Virus record (IMG/VR): IMGVR_UViG_3300021404_000006
Location: 54,923 to 118,922 of that record
From: a virus
DNA length: 64,000 nucleotides
Reading direction: 5' to 3' (one strand)
Under the pieces are notes generated by a model. That model saw nothing but the letters and a program-made list of their open reading frames with translations, was not told the DNA's origin and made no database searches. The translations under genes and the position numbers were made by a program. Below are positions 8,708-17,915 of the stretch, piece by piece (within the stretch, counting starts at the first letter, position 1; the number at the start of each line of letters is the position of its first letter).

Positions 8708-9159
8708 GGGACCCGCTAAGGTACCACCGTGGTCACAAGGACAAGCACGGAACGTTCGGCAATGACACGTTCGGGCGGGTAGCGGAAAAGGTAGCCCGGT
8801 TCCTGGGCACCCCGAAGTTCATCGGCATCCAGACGGCCATCGTAATCTGCTGGATTATCCTCAATGTGACTGCCGTGGTGCATCACTGGGACCCGTACCC
8901 GTTCATCCTGCTCAACCTCACGTTTTCTACCCAGTCCGCTTACGCCGCGCCCATGATCCTGCTCGCGCAGACACGGCAGGCTGACCGCGACAAGGCCAGC
9001 GAGGAAGCAGACGCCCGCCACCGCGAGGAACTGGCCCTCAGCCAGAGCCAGCAGCTCAAGGTCAACCTGGACCTGACTACGGCCATCCACACCATGACCG
9101 AACAGCAGATGACAATCTTGAACATCATCGAAAGCCGGGGAATTAACCCCGGGGGTTAG
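8704..9159 (+). CDS. DUF1003 family membrane protein
   Basis: WDPYPFILLNLTFSTQSAYAAPMILLAQTRQADRD. Confidence 0.9.
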   Translation: MRDPLRYHRGHKDKHGTFGNDTFGRVAEKVARFLGTPKFIGIQTAIVICWIILNVTAVVHHWDPYPFILLNLTFSTQSAYAAPMILLAQTRQADRDKASEEADARHREELALSQSQQLKVNLDLTTAIHTMTEQQMTILNIIESRGINPGG

Positions 9160-9173
9160 GCGTTCCAGCTAGC

Positions 9174-9923
9174 ATGACCAGCACAACGCACATCATCACC
9201 GTCATGAACCGGGCCTGGCAGGCCATCCAGCGCAACCATCCCGAAGTCCCGGCCGTGATGATCGTCACAGGCCGCCGCCGCCACAAGTCCGAGGGCAACA
9301 TCCGGGGCCAGCACTGCCGGGAGACCTGGCACGTGGACGGTCACGAAGGCCGTCAGGCAGAGGTGTGGGTGTCCGGCGAGCGGCTAGCCGAGGGTCCCGA
9401 GGCAGTAATGCAGACAATGCTCCACGAGGCCGCGCACGCGCTCGCCGTAGTCCGGGGACTGAAGGACACATCCAACAAGAACCGCTACCATAACAAGGTC
9501 TTCGTCAAGCTAGCCGAGGAACTAGGGCTGGAAGGCCCTGAGTCCTCGGGAGGCCCGGCGCTCGGCTACTCTGACTGCTCCATCACCAAGAGGACTGCCG
9601 AGGTCTACGACTACGAGATCAAGCAGCTGGGCGAGGCATGCAAGAACTTCGTCGCGGCGCGCGAGCAGGAAACTGCCGCTCCCCGGAAGGCATCGGTCAA
9701 GGCGTTCTGCCAGTGCCCCGAGGGAGAAAACGAGCTGACCTGGACCAAGAAGTTCAGCAAGAAGCTACAGGACCACGGTGTTCCGCCTATCCTGTGCGGT
9801 ATCTGCCGACAGGCGTTCGTGCCTGAAGACGACCCGGAAGAGCCTGTCGATAGAAATGCCGTTCTAGTACACCTGCAAGAGAAAGCCTGCCTGCTCAAGC
9901 GGCTTACAGGAGAGGATCTGTAA
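9174..9923 (+). CDS. SprT-like zinc metalloprotease domain protein
   Basis: TMLHEAAHALA, YHNKVF...AEELGL, C-terminal CxC...CxxC. Confidence 0.75.
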   Translation: MTSTTHIITVMNRAWQAIQRNHPEVPAVMIVTGRRRHKSEGNIRGQHCRETWHVDGHEGRQAEVWVSGERLAEGPEAVMQTMLHEAAHALAVVRGLKDTSNKNRYHNKVFVKLAEELGLEGPESSGGPALGYSDCSITKRTAEVYDYEIKQLGEACKNFVAAREQETAAPRKASVKAFCQCPEGENELTWTKKFSKKLQDHGVPPILCGICRQAFVPEDDPEEPVDRNAVLVHLQEKACLLKRLTGEDL

Positions 9924-10142
9924 ATGGACCCCCGGCACTATCCCCACCCGCAGATACCTGGTCATATGATCGTCGTGGACCTGGACTCCCGCACCCCTCT
10001 GACCGAACTGGAAGCCGACGCCCTGAACAATGCAGTCGGGTACATGACGGACGCACGGCATAAGCTGACCGAGGATATCCGCAAAACAACTCAGCGCCTC
10101 GTGCTGTCCGGAGAGAAGATAAACGGACAGGTGAAAGAGTAA
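9924..10142 (+). CDS. hypothetical protein
   Basis: 72-aa ORF with SD GAGGA. Confidence 0.6.
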   Translation: MDPRHYPHPQIPGHMIVVDLDSRTPLTELEADALNNAVGYMTDARHKLTEDIRKTTQRLVLSGEKINGQVKE

Positions 10143-10393
10143 TGGACCCGAAAGAAGTACTCATGCACTATCGCGCGGCACGGGCGGCCGGAGAGGAGAG
10201 TGCGTGCGGGAATAAGATTCGTCACGAGGAGGAGCGCAAGGCGGAACGGCACGCGCTCAATCTAAACCGGCGGCCGGCAGTACTGGCCGGAGAGAAGAAC
10301 CGTGTAGAGCCCTACCCGTGCCCGTTCTGTTTTTTCTGGCACGTCGGCCGGAAGATGACTACCGAAGAACGGGAAAAATATGGAGAAAAGTAA
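10142..10393 (+). CDS. small Zn-binding phage protein (PYxCPxCxxWH family)
   Basis: CGNKIRH...PYPCPFCFFWHVG; paralog at 48208. Confidence 0.65.
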   Translation: MDPKEVLMHYRAARAAGEESACGNKIRHEEERKAERHALNLNRRPAVLAGEKNRVEPYPCPFCFFWHVGRKMTTEEREKYGEK

Positions 10394-10628
10394 GATCCAT
10401 CCTTCGCACAAGATGAGGGACAATGACTGGGGTGACGACCGGCACTGCATGGAAACCTGCGAAGGGTGCAGCTATTCCCACTGCTATGTGTGCAGGACCG
10501 GCGACGGCATAGACGATGATGAACTTCAGGTACCGTGCATCGGCTTCCCCTGGTACGAGGGCGTGTGGAAAGCTGCCGCCCTGATCGGCAGGAAGTCCGG
10601 CACAGGCTGGCCGAAGAAACCCGCCTAG
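10380..10628 (+). CDS. Cys-rich hypothetical protein
   Basis: HCMETCEGCSYSHCYVC. Confidence 0.55.
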   Translation: MEKSKIHPSHKMRDNDWGDDRHCMETCEGCSYSHCYVCRTGDGIDDDELQVPCIGFPWYEGVWKAAALIGRKSGTGWPKKPA

Positions 10629-10643
10629 CGTACGCTCCGGTTT

Positions 10644-11186
10644 ATGAGGAACAATCATAAATGGACGTTCAGTACTCTCCAGGCATTCATTGAGCAGCGA
10701 ATAGACAACCTGGAGAAGATGCTAAACGAGCGCTACCAGACGCAGACAAAGGCAACCGACGCGGCATTCGTAGCCCAGCAGACCGCTATGAAAACTGCGT
10801 TCGACGCGGCCGACAAGGCTGTACAGGCTGCCCTGGCTGCGGCAAAGGAAGCAGCGGCAAAGGCAGAGGCGGCGGCTAAGGACAGGTTTGCTGCGGTGAA
10901 CGAATTCCGTGGCCAGCTATCCGACCAGGCCGCCACCCTTGTCAGCCGCACCGAGCACAATGCTCAGCTACAGGCGCTAGCCGACAAGATTGATGTTCTC
11001 GGAGCACGCCTTAACGCCCTGGAACTACGGCTTACTTCGCGCCTTGACCTGGGCCAGGGGCACGATGAGGGTAGCTCCCACCAGACCGATAGCCGCCAGC
11101 GGTCCATGGCTCTGGCCGGCCAGTGGATCGCCCTCGCGGTTATCGCTATCGGTCTGGTAGTCACTATCCTCGTAGCAGTCCTCTAA
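10644..11186 (+). CDS. coiled-coil protein with C-terminal TM helix
   Basis: Ala-rich coiled coil, NEFRGQLSDQ, C-terminal hydrophobic helix. Confidence 0.75.
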   Translation: MRNNHKWTFSTLQAFIEQRIDNLEKMLNERYQTQTKATDAAFVAQQTAMKTAFDAADKAVQAALAAAKEAAAKAEAAAKDRFAAVNEFRGQLSDQAATLVSRTEHNAQLQALADKIDVLGARLNALELRLTSRLDLGQGHDEGSSHQTDSRQRSMALAGQWIALAVIAIGLVVTILVAVL

Positions 11187-11217
11187 CTACCTAAAGAACT
11201 ACCCAAACTACCTAAAA

Positions 11218-12342
11218 CTAGACAGGATTGATCTGAAGCAGCCGGGTCTGGGACGCGGACAAGTTGATGCTCGCCGCTGAGAACGCCCCTCCCGTAGTCC
11301 CTGCCCACACGTCCGTAGCCGTGGCGGTCGGGGTGCTGATGTTGAGCTGGTCCAGGGTGAACAGCGCCGACGCGGCCCCCGAGCCCATGTTCACGAAGCA
11401 GACGGCCTGCCCGCCGAGCGGATCGGGCTTCACGAGAGCCTGGATGTTTCCCACCGTTACGGAGTAACCGCACTGCTGGCCGCTCTGGTCGATCGCAATG
11501 AGGTGCTGGTTGGACAGGTCGGCTACCGCAGCGGCGGGCAGCGCGGTCAGGTCAGCCGAGATAAGCAGCGGGCTTGCCTCCATCGCCCACACCGCGAGCT
11601 GGTTCCGGAGATCCTGGACGGTCCACCCGCTGATGCCGGGATAGCCGGGCGCAACCATGTCCAGGTCGTTCCAGTGCCCCGGACCCGCGTACCCGTGCAG
11701 GTGCAGGTCGGCGGCGAGCGCGCTCTGCATGGCCGGGTAGGCGTTCGCCTGGGTCAGCGGGTACTCGTCAGGGGCGACGCGCCACATGTTCGCGAAGCCG
11801 GCTGAGTCCTGCACGGTCTTCAGGAAGCCTGTCTTTCCCATCTGGTAGACCGGAAGCTCCTGCGAGTACACGACTGACGGGTTGAAGTCCCGAAGCGCCT
11901 GGCCGAAGAGCCGGTAGTCCTCCGTCAGCGTGTCCTGGTTGGTGTAGGACGGCAGTCCCCCGCACAGGTCCACTTTCACCAGGTCGATGCCCCAGTTAGC
12001 GAAGGTCTGCGCGTCAAGGGCGTAGTGGCCGCCGCTGCCGGTGAGATGCTGGCAGGTCTGGGTGCCGATCGACGTGTAGATGCCCATCTTCAGCCCGAGC
12101 CCGTGGAGCTGGGCAGCGAGCCAGGGCATGCCGCTGGGGAACTTGGCCGGGTCGGGCTGGAGGGTGCCGTCCGCTGCGCGTGCCGCGCTGGCCCACCCGT
12201 CGTCCAGGTTGAAGTACGTGTAGCCGGCAGCAGACAGGCCGCTGCTTACGAGAGCCTGAGCCTGGGTGAGGACAAGCTGCTCGCTGATCGCGGCGCGGAA
12301 GGCATACCAGGTGTTGAAGCCCATAACAGGAAGATTAGTCAC
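11218..12342 (-). CDS. glycoside hydrolase family 27 (alpha-galactosidase-like)
   Basis: PVMGFNTW, YFNLDDGW, KFPSGM, DAQTFANWGIDLVKVDLC, NMWRV, GPGHWNDLDM. Confidence 0.93.
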   Translation of the reverse strand: MTNLPVMGFNTWYAFRAAISEQLVLTQAQALVSSGLSAAGYTYFNLDDGWASAARAADGTLQPDPAKFPSGMPWLAAQLHGLGLKMGIYTSIGTQTCQHLTGSGGHYALDAQTFANWGIDLVKVDLCGGLPSYTNQDTLTEDYRLFGQALRDFNPSVVYSQELPVYQMGKTGFLKTVQDSAGFANMWRVAPDEYPLTQANAYPAMQSALAADLHLHGYAGPGHWNDLDMVAPGYPGISGWTVQDLRNQLAVWAMEASPLLISADLTALPAAAVADLSNQHLIAIDQSGQQCGYSVTVGNIQALVKPDPLGGQAVCFVNMGSGAASALFTLDQLNISTPTATATDVWAGTTGGAFSAASINLSASQTRLLQINPV

Positions 12343-12359
12343 GTTCTCACCTTACAGGA

Positions 12360-14417
12360 TTACCTAATCGGGCAGGCACCTGAGGAACATTCCTCGTTGG
12401 TGCCGTCTTCGATCGCGGTGGCTACCGCTGCCTCGTACTGCTCGCGGGTAATGCGAGTGTACGGGGCCTGTGGCCTGCTTGCATCCACCATGATTGTCGT
12501 TCCCTTCAGGTAAGGCAGGTAAGCCGCCAGGATGCTGTACAGCTCCGGCTCGGACATGCTGCCCTCGGGAATGTTTACCGTGTAGCTGACCGCGTTGTCT
12601 GCCCAGCATTCCTGATAAACCCTCTGGACGTTAAGCATGTCCGAGACAGACAGGTCTTCCGTGCTCTCCACCACGTCATCAGGAAATCCGAGCGACCGCA
12701 CCTGGCTGAGCAGGATGTCCTCGGTAGGGTAAACGACTACGGCAGTCATTCCCGACATGTCATATACGTCGTCTTCCACCGTGAATCCCTTGCTCATTGC
12801 TTCCATCACGGTCTGGAACTGGGCGTCGTCGCGCTTGGAAAAACGAACGCGGCGCTCGAAGTACCTGGCGTAGATCGGGTGGATGCCCTCAGAGACCCCT
12901 GGGAGCTTCGCTACGGACCCTGTAGGGGCGACGGTGGTCACCTTTACCGGCTCGGGGATACGGAGCTTGAAGGCGTACTCACGGGCCTCCTGGCGCACCT
13001 TGACGTACAGCTCCCTGAGTTCCTTCGGAGCGTAGGCCGGAATGTCACTGTACCTGACGCCGCGCTTGGCCCAGTATCCCTGCACGCCGAGGTGGCCTAG
13101 TCCGATCCTGCGGTTCCTGGCGAGCTTGGCCCGCTGGCCGTCGTCATTCACGTCGCCGTAGGTGGCACGGATGAGAAAACGGGTCATCAGCCGGTGGGCC
13201 TCAAACATTTCCTCCCGCGTTTTATCCCAGAAATAGTCCATGTTGACGTGGCCGAGGTTGCAGTTCTCCCATGCTTCCAGCGGGATTTCGCCGCACGGGT
13301 TGGTCGCTATTATTTCCCCGATTTCACCTTTCTGGCTAAGCGAGGAATTCCAGTAGCCCGGCTCGCCATTAGCCAGCATTCCCTTGACAACCATGGCGTG
13401 AACCGCATGCGCCTGATACTGCATAGAATTCGTAGTACTGCCCGGTCCCTTCAAGGACGCGAGGAACTCATCGTCTATTTCTACGGAGATATTGGTGGTC
13501 CAGTGCAGCCCTGGAATCTTCTTGCACTCCAGGAAATTAAAAATATGAGGGTCGTCCCAGCGGACAATGGACATGCGCGCCGACCTGCGATTCCCCCCAG
13601 AGACAACACATTCTGCTATCGCGTGCTCGATCTCCATGGCATCTAGTGGCGTGAACTCGCGCTTGTCGAACGACCTGTTGAGAATCGTCGCTACTTCCAG
13701 CAGCATGCGCGCGAGAGGAGCAGGACCGCTGGCAGTACCCCCGAAGGTAAGTAGCGGAGACCCGCTCGGACGGACCCCGGACACGTCGTAGATCACGTCA
13801 CTGCTGCCTGCAACACACGACTCTTCTTTTCCGTAAAAGGTATCGATGAGATCGCACAGGGCGTCTGCCCAGCCTTCACGGCTGTCCTCTACCTCAAGGT
13901 CGGGGTAGCTCTCAGCGATGAACTTGTCACTCAGATATGGGTGAAGCTCGGCCATGTCCGCGTGCGCTGAATCGCAGATGACATGCGGCTGGACCTGGCA
14001 GACAGGAGCACCGTACCTGCCGGTGTACCTGCCGGAGTAGTTGGAGCCGACGCCGCCGCCTTCCATCAGCCGCAGGAAACTGAAACGGAAATGGTCGGAG
14101 AGCGAATTGCCCCAGCCGGCTACGTGACAGTTGAACAGGTGCTGGCGTTCCGATACTCCTGTAGCCCACAGGTGCCGTCCGGCCGGAATGATCGCAAACT
14201 GGTTCATGTAATGGCAGAGCCGGTTGTACTCGTCCCATACTTCGTCCGGCCAGGTCCAGTCTTTTTCCGGCTGCCCGTAGACAAGGGCCAGGTTGCCGCG
14301 TGCTACCCTTCGCACAGTCTCGGGCCAGGTTTCCCTGCTGCCGTCCTCCTTGTCCCTTGCGTACGTCCTGTTGTAGACAACTTCTCCGGTAGGACCAAAC
14401 GGTACAGCAGCAGACAC
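12360..14417 (-). CDS. nrdJ: class II (B12-dependent) ribonucleoside-triphosphate reductase
   Basis: PAGRHLW, LFNC, GGGVG, RRSARMS, TNPCGEI, TTVAPTGS, C-terminal CSSGACPIR. SD GAGGAG precedes GTG 14417. Confidence 0.95.
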   Translation of the reverse strand: MSAAVPFGPTGEVVYNRTYARDKEDGSRETWPETVRRVARGNLALVYGQPEKDWTWPDEVWDEYNRLCHYMNQFAIIPAGRHLWATGVSERQHLFNCHVAGWGNSLSDHFRFSFLRLMEGGGVGSNYSGRYTGRYGAPVCQVQPHVICDSAHADMAELHPYLSDKFIAESYPDLEVEDSREGWADALCDLIDTFYGKEESCVAGSSDVIYDVSGVRPSGSPLLTFGGTASGPAPLARMLLEVATILNRSFDKREFTPLDAMEIEHAIAECVVSGGNRRSARMSIVRWDDPHIFNFLECKKIPGLHWTTNISVEIDDEFLASLKGPGSTTNSMQYQAHAVHAMVVKGMLANGEPGYWNSSLSQKGEIGEIIATNPCGEIPLEAWENCNLGHVNMDYFWDKTREEMFEAHRLMTRFLIRATYGDVNDDGQRAKLARNRRIGLGHLGVQGYWAKRGVRYSDIPAYAPKELRELYVKVRQEAREYAFKLRIPEPVKVTTVAPTGSVAKLPGVSEGIHPIYARYFERRVRFSKRDDAQFQTVMEAMSKGFTVEDDVYDMSGMTAVVVYPTEDILLSQVRSLGFPDDVVESTEDLSVSDMLNVQRVYQECWADNAVSYTVNIPEGSMSEPELYSILAAYLPYLKGTTIMVDASRPQAPYTRITREQYEAAVATAIEDGTNEECSSGACPIR

Positions 14418-14514
14418 AGGGGGCTCCTCGGTGGCTTCATCAGGGATGTACATCCTATGATGCGCGGTCCTGGTACGGGCAGCTACCTCTTGTATTACCA
14501 GCCATAGAGTGCTA

Positions 14515-14548
14515 GCAACCCCCCGGCGACTGATCGCCAGGGGGTTGC
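14515..14548 (-). terminator. stem-loop downstream of the Ro60 gene
   Basis: GCAACCCCCCGGCGA-CTGA-TCGCCAGGGGGTTGC inverted repeat. Confidence 0.6.
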
Positions 14549-14562
14549 CGCAGGTCAACAGT

Positions 14563-16194
14563 CTAGCTGAAGTCGCCCCGGGAGAACCCGGAAATGATAT
14601 TCGGGGTGTCCGCGTCGAAGCCGGCTACGTCCAGCATGCCGGAATCGGCCGGGTCAGCGATCGTGAAGCCCGTGGAGGTCATGCCCACCACGATCAGCTT
14701 CGCGTCGATCCCCGTCTTCTGCCGGTACTGGCGCAGGGACTCGAACGGGTGCACGCTGCCTGCGTACGTCTCGTTGTCGGTGGAGACGATGAACGTGTCG
14801 TACTCAGCCTTGTTCTGGAGAGCCCAGCGCATCGGCAGGGAGCAGTCCGTACGACCGAAGTTGATGCCCCGGATGGTGCTCAGGTTGTCGTCCAGGCGGC
14901 GGCGCGGCGAGACGGCCAGGTGACGGAACGTGTCAGCGAATCCCATGACCTCGTAGTCCGGCTCGGTTGCCATCGTGACCATGGCCATGGCCATCGCGCC
15001 TTCCGCGCAGCTGACTACGCCGCCCGGTGCAGCGCTGCGCATCGAACTGGACACGTCCATGCCGATCAGCGTGCGCATCCCGGCCGGCTCCACGGTCCCG
15101 AAGGACGTGTAGAACGACTGGTCCAGCGTGTCCGTGATCCGGGTGCTCGGCGTCCACGTGCTGTCGCCCTTGATGCTGTGCCCGAGAGCGTACGTCTTGA
15201 GGGCGTACAGGAGCTTGACCGGGTGAACACGGCCCTTGCGGAGCTTGTCTTCGTCGGTCAGCTGGTTGATGATCTTGTCCAGCGTCGCGCCCTTGGTCAG
15301 GCCGAGGTTCGTCAGCCGGGGGAGCTGGCGGATCAGGGCGGTGATGGGCATCCCCTGGTCGATCAGCGCCTCCCAGGTTTCCGGGTAGGTCAGCGCGATG
15401 TCGGGCAGGGCCTCCCACGGCAGGCCGGGGAACTCGCGGATCACGTCGGCGTAAACGCTCTTCTTCGCAGCGGGCATCTTGGCGAGGCCCTGCACGATGT
15501 AGAACGGGTGCGCCCACTCAGGGAACACGGGGATACCGTCGCCGCCACGGAACACACTGCCGTCTCGGCCGCAGGCCCAGTCGAACAGGGCGCGCTTGTC
15601 TGTGTCCGTGGTCTTCGGGTGAACCGTGCGGAGCACGTCGCGGTGCGTCCAGTCCTGGCGCTGGCGGTACTTGATCATCTGGTACGACAGGTCACGGGTG
15701 TTCTTGTTCAGGTACCAGCTTGCCACGGCCTTCTTGACCGACCGGCCCCAGCCGCGAAGGTGCTCGGCGTATTCAACGAAGATGAACAGGTGCGTGCCGG
15801 TGCGAACGATGTCGTTGAACACTGTTCGCGCGTAACGCTTGTCGTTGTCCGACCCGAACGCGAACACAGCCGCGAGCGCGAACAGCGCGGGGTTCTGGCG
15901 CGGCGCACGGCCGGCTACGGAGATGTCCCTGATCAGCGTAACCAGGCGAGCGCCGTTGTTCTTGGCGAAGTCGATAACGAACGCCGCGTTCTGCCGGGTG
16001 TACTCCTGCTCCTTCTGGTAGTACGTGCCGCCGTCCGTGCCGAGGGTGAGGAACCGCTTCATCCGGTCTTCCCCTGCGACCTCGAACACGTAGCCGCCCG
16101 CGTTGTTCTGAACCTGGTCATCGCGGCCGAAAACCTTCTCCGTCTGGGGCGTGACCGTATTCCTCGTGCGGATGCCGGAGAGTGCGTCGTTCAT
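14563..16194 (-). CDS. rsr: Ro60/TROVE-domain RNA-binding protein (Rsr ortholog)
   Basis: QVQNNAGGYVF, RFLTLGTDGGTYY, IKYRQRQDWTHRDVLR, MPITALIRQL, vWA MIDAS DVSSSM and TDNET, MLDVAGFD. SD AAGAGGAG precedes ATG 16194. Confidence 0.96.
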   Translation of the reverse strand: MNDALSGIRTRNTVTPQTEKVFGRDDQVQNNAGGYVFEVAGEDRMKRFLTLGTDGGTYYQKEQEYTRQNAAFVIDFAKNNGARLVTLIRDISVAGRAPRQNPALFALAAVFAFGSDNDKRYARTVFNDIVRTGTHLFIFVEYAEHLRGWGRSVKKAVASWYLNKNTRDLSYQMIKYRQRQDWTHRDVLRTVHPKTTDTDKRALFDWACGRDGSVFRGGDGIPVFPEWAHPFYIVQGLAKMPAAKKSVYADVIREFPGLPWEALPDIALTYPETWEALIDQGMPITALIRQLPRLTNLGLTKGATLDKIINQLTDEDKLRKGRVHPVKLLYALKTYALGHSIKGDSTWTPSTRITDTLDQSFYTSFGTVEPAGMRTLIGMDVSSSMRSAAPGGVVSCAEGAMAMAMVTMATEPDYEVMGFADTFRHLAVSPRRRLDDNLSTIRGINFGRTDCSLPMRWALQNKAEYDTFIVSTDNETYAGSVHPFESLRQYRQKTGIDAKLIVVGMTSTGFTIADPADSGMLDVAGFDADTPNIISGFSRGDFS

Positions 16195-16228
16195 CTGTGT
16201 CTCCTCTTTCAATCTGGCCGGGCATAGG

Positions 16229-16380
16229 TAAAGCCCTGGTGAGCGTGTTGTAGGAACCGGGAAGTGTGCTTTTATCATGCGTCGCACTCCGCTCCCCGAG
16301 GGGAACAGGCGGGATTCAAACCCGCATTTTCTTTTGCTGAGAAAGATAACCGATTGCCTGTCCGGCTCACCAGGGCTTTA
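16229..16380 (-). ncRNA. Y RNA (Yrl-like) copy 4, with T-arm-like module
   Basis: 16-bp perfect closing stem; GAGCCGGA...CAAUCGGUUAUC core; GCGGG-UUUGAAU-CCCGC T-arm; abuts the Ro60 gene. Confidence 0.8.
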
Positions 16381-16391
16381 ACCTGGCTGAG

Positions 16392-16530
16392 CAAGACGAA
16401 CGTGTGTTCTGCACCGGGTATTTATACTGCTGCTCCATCCGCTGAGCTACCCCGGGAATTATCCCAGGAGAGGGATTCGAACCCCCGTCCTTCAGTTCCG
16501 AAGATAACCGATTGCATCCGGCTCGTCTTG
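16392..16530 (-). ncRNA. yrlA: Y RNA (YrlA-like) copy 3, with full permuted tRNA-like domain
   Basis: Closing stem CAAGACGA/UCGUCUUG; GAGCCGGA core; T-arm GGGGG-UUCGAAU-CCCUC; closed acceptor-like hairpin; D-arm UAGCUCAG...GAGC. Confidence 0.87.
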
Positions 16531-16546
16531 AAGTATTTAGTTGTAG

Positions 16547-16688
16547 CACGGCGAACATGTGATTGGCAACCGGGTCGGCTCCCTGGTGGGGGAGCTTTCT
16601 GCCCTATGCAGGCCTGGCTTTGCCCTTGCGGGGTGCCTGGCAGTGGAATCGAACCATTGATAACCGATTGGCCGTCCGGCTCGCCGTG
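16547..16688 (-). ncRNA. Y RNA (Yrl-like) copy 2
   Basis: Closing stem CACGGCGA/UCGCCGUG; GAGCCGGA...CAAUCGGUUAUC; T-loop UGG-UUCGAUU-CCA plus extra hairpins. Confidence 0.8.
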
Positions 16689-16704
16689 AAGCTATTGAGT
16701 TGGG

Positions 16705-16778
16705 AGGCGTGCGAACGTGTGTGTGACTACCGGGGGAATCTGCGAAGTGATAACCGATAGTCTTCCGGCTCGCTGCCT
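16705..16778 (-). ncRNA. minimal Y RNA copy 1 (Ro-binding stem only, about 74 nt)
   Basis: GCGAGCCGGA...UAUCGGUUAUC...CCGGUAGUC...GUUCGC; no tRNA-like module. Confidence 0.72.
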
Positions 16779-16781
16779 ATG

Positions 16782-16787
16782 AGTGTA
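16782..16787 (-). promoter_or_regulatory. -10 element for the Y RNA/Ro60 operon
   Basis: TACACT a few nt upstream of the first Y RNA 5' end. Confidence 0.55.
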
Positions 16788-16872
16788 CCCTACACCATTT
16801 TAGTGGCACGGGGTGCATCGTTTCGTACAACTTCCTGGCTGCCGGATGTATTCCCCGGTCAGCCGGAGGTTT

Positions 16873-17832
16873 CTAGACGATGCCTACGCCGCCCTTGATG
16901 TAGAAGTTGTCGGCTCCGAAGTTCGACACGTCAAGGTACAGGGCACCCGTGGAGGTACCGTCCTGCGTCGATACCACCGGGGACGCGTTCCAGTCGGTGT
17001 TAGCCGCCTGCAACGGCGCACCTGCGTTGCCGTGGCTGACGTTGCCGTGGTTTCCGTAGTCGTTGGCGCTGACCTTCACGTGCGCGAACCGCACCAGCTC
17101 GTTCGGTGCCGAATGGCTGAGCGAGCCTGCGTCAGACGCCGGGACCGGGGTGCCCGTGATGGCAGGAGCCTTGGCGGTGTCGGAGATAACGCCCGCGTCC
17201 GTCTCGGTGAAGACAGCGCCCGTGAACGCCGGCGAGACGAAGGAGCCCACCATGGCCGGGTGGTTCAGGTCAGTCGCCTGGAAGGACACGCTGTCCGCCG
17301 GGTTGCCGCTGAAGGCGTGGAACGGGTTCGACTTCATGTCAACGTCCACCGTGTCGTTCACCGGCACGTTGGTCAGCAGAGCCTTGAAAGAGAGGTTGCC
17401 CATGGCGTTAGTCGCGCCCATCGGGTTAACCACGCCGTTCTCGCACGGGTTGCCGTTCTGGATTGCAGGACCGAAGGTGCCAGTAGCGGCTACAACGTCC
17501 ACCAGCCCGTTCCCGATGTTGATGTCACCGATCTGTGCTGCCTGCCCCGTGGCTTCGTCGCAGAGGCCCAGGCCCACGCCTCCGAGCACGTTCATCGGGG
17601 TGCTTACCGGCAGGTTGCTCAGGCTGCTGTTACCCGAGCTGCCGATGTAGCTGTTCTCGTGGGTGAAAGCCACCTGGTTAAGCGAGTGCGCGAACCATCC
17701 TGCGACCGCGTTAGTGCCTGCGTTGCTGTAAGTCACGGTGGAGGTAACGGCCGCGTTCGCCGTGGCGCTGAGCGAAAGCCCGCCCGCGAGCACGGCTGCG
17801 CCGGCTGCGAAAAGCCATTTCTTACTTAGCAT
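16873..17832 (-). CDS. secreted protein (signal peptide)
   Basis: MLSKKWLFAAGAAVLAGGLSLSATANA signal peptide; beta-rich body; SD AAGGA. Confidence 0.8.
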   Translation of the reverse strand: MLSKKWLFAAGAAVLAGGLSLSATANAAVTSTVTYSNAGTNAVAGWFAHSLNQVAFTHENSYIGSSGNSSLSNLPVSTPMNVLGGVGLGLCDEATGQAAQIGDINIGNGLVDVVAATGTFGPAIQNGNPCENGVVNPMGATNAMGNLSFKALLTNVPVNDTVDVDMKSNPFHAFSGNPADSVSFQATDLNHPAMVGSFVSPAFTGAVFTETDAGVISDTAKAPAITGTPVPASDAGSLSHSAPNELVRFAHVKVSANDYGNHGNVSHGNAGAPLQAANTDWNASPVVSTQDGTSTGALYLDVSNFGADNFYIKGGVGIV

Positions 17833-17915
17833 TGCCTGCCTTCCTTAATGCTTTGCTTCCGGGGTGAACTCCGCTACTCTATCTTATCTTCCCAGAGCAG
17901 GGTGTGACTTTCCCG

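Noticed and set aside
11186-11220. ACTACC(T/C)AAA three times between convergent genes
   Set aside because: Too short and low in complexity to assign a function.
14509-16227. 572-aa plus-strand ORF and other long antisense ORFs (e.g. 16813-17829, 24005-25126, 27041-27952)
   Set aside because: These are shadow frames of GC3-rich genes on the opposite strand, with no motifs or SD.
16195-16287. N-terminal extension of Ro60 as given in the ORF track
   Set aside because: It overlaps Y RNA copy 4. A strong SD precedes ATG 16194 and Ro homology begins there.
16420-16500. tRNA gene (GGTTCGAATCC T-loop and TAGCTCAG D-arm on the minus strand)
   Set aside because: The T-arm comes before the D-arm, the acceptor stem is closed by a loop, and there is no anticodon arm or CCA. 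This is the permuted YrlA-type mimic, not a tRNA.
16340-16775. CRISPR array (repeated GATAACCGAT...TCCGGCTC)
   Set aside because: The repeats are short, degenerate and irregularly spaced, each sits inside its own closing stem, and no cas operon is present. The Cas4-like gene is a replication-type exonuclease.
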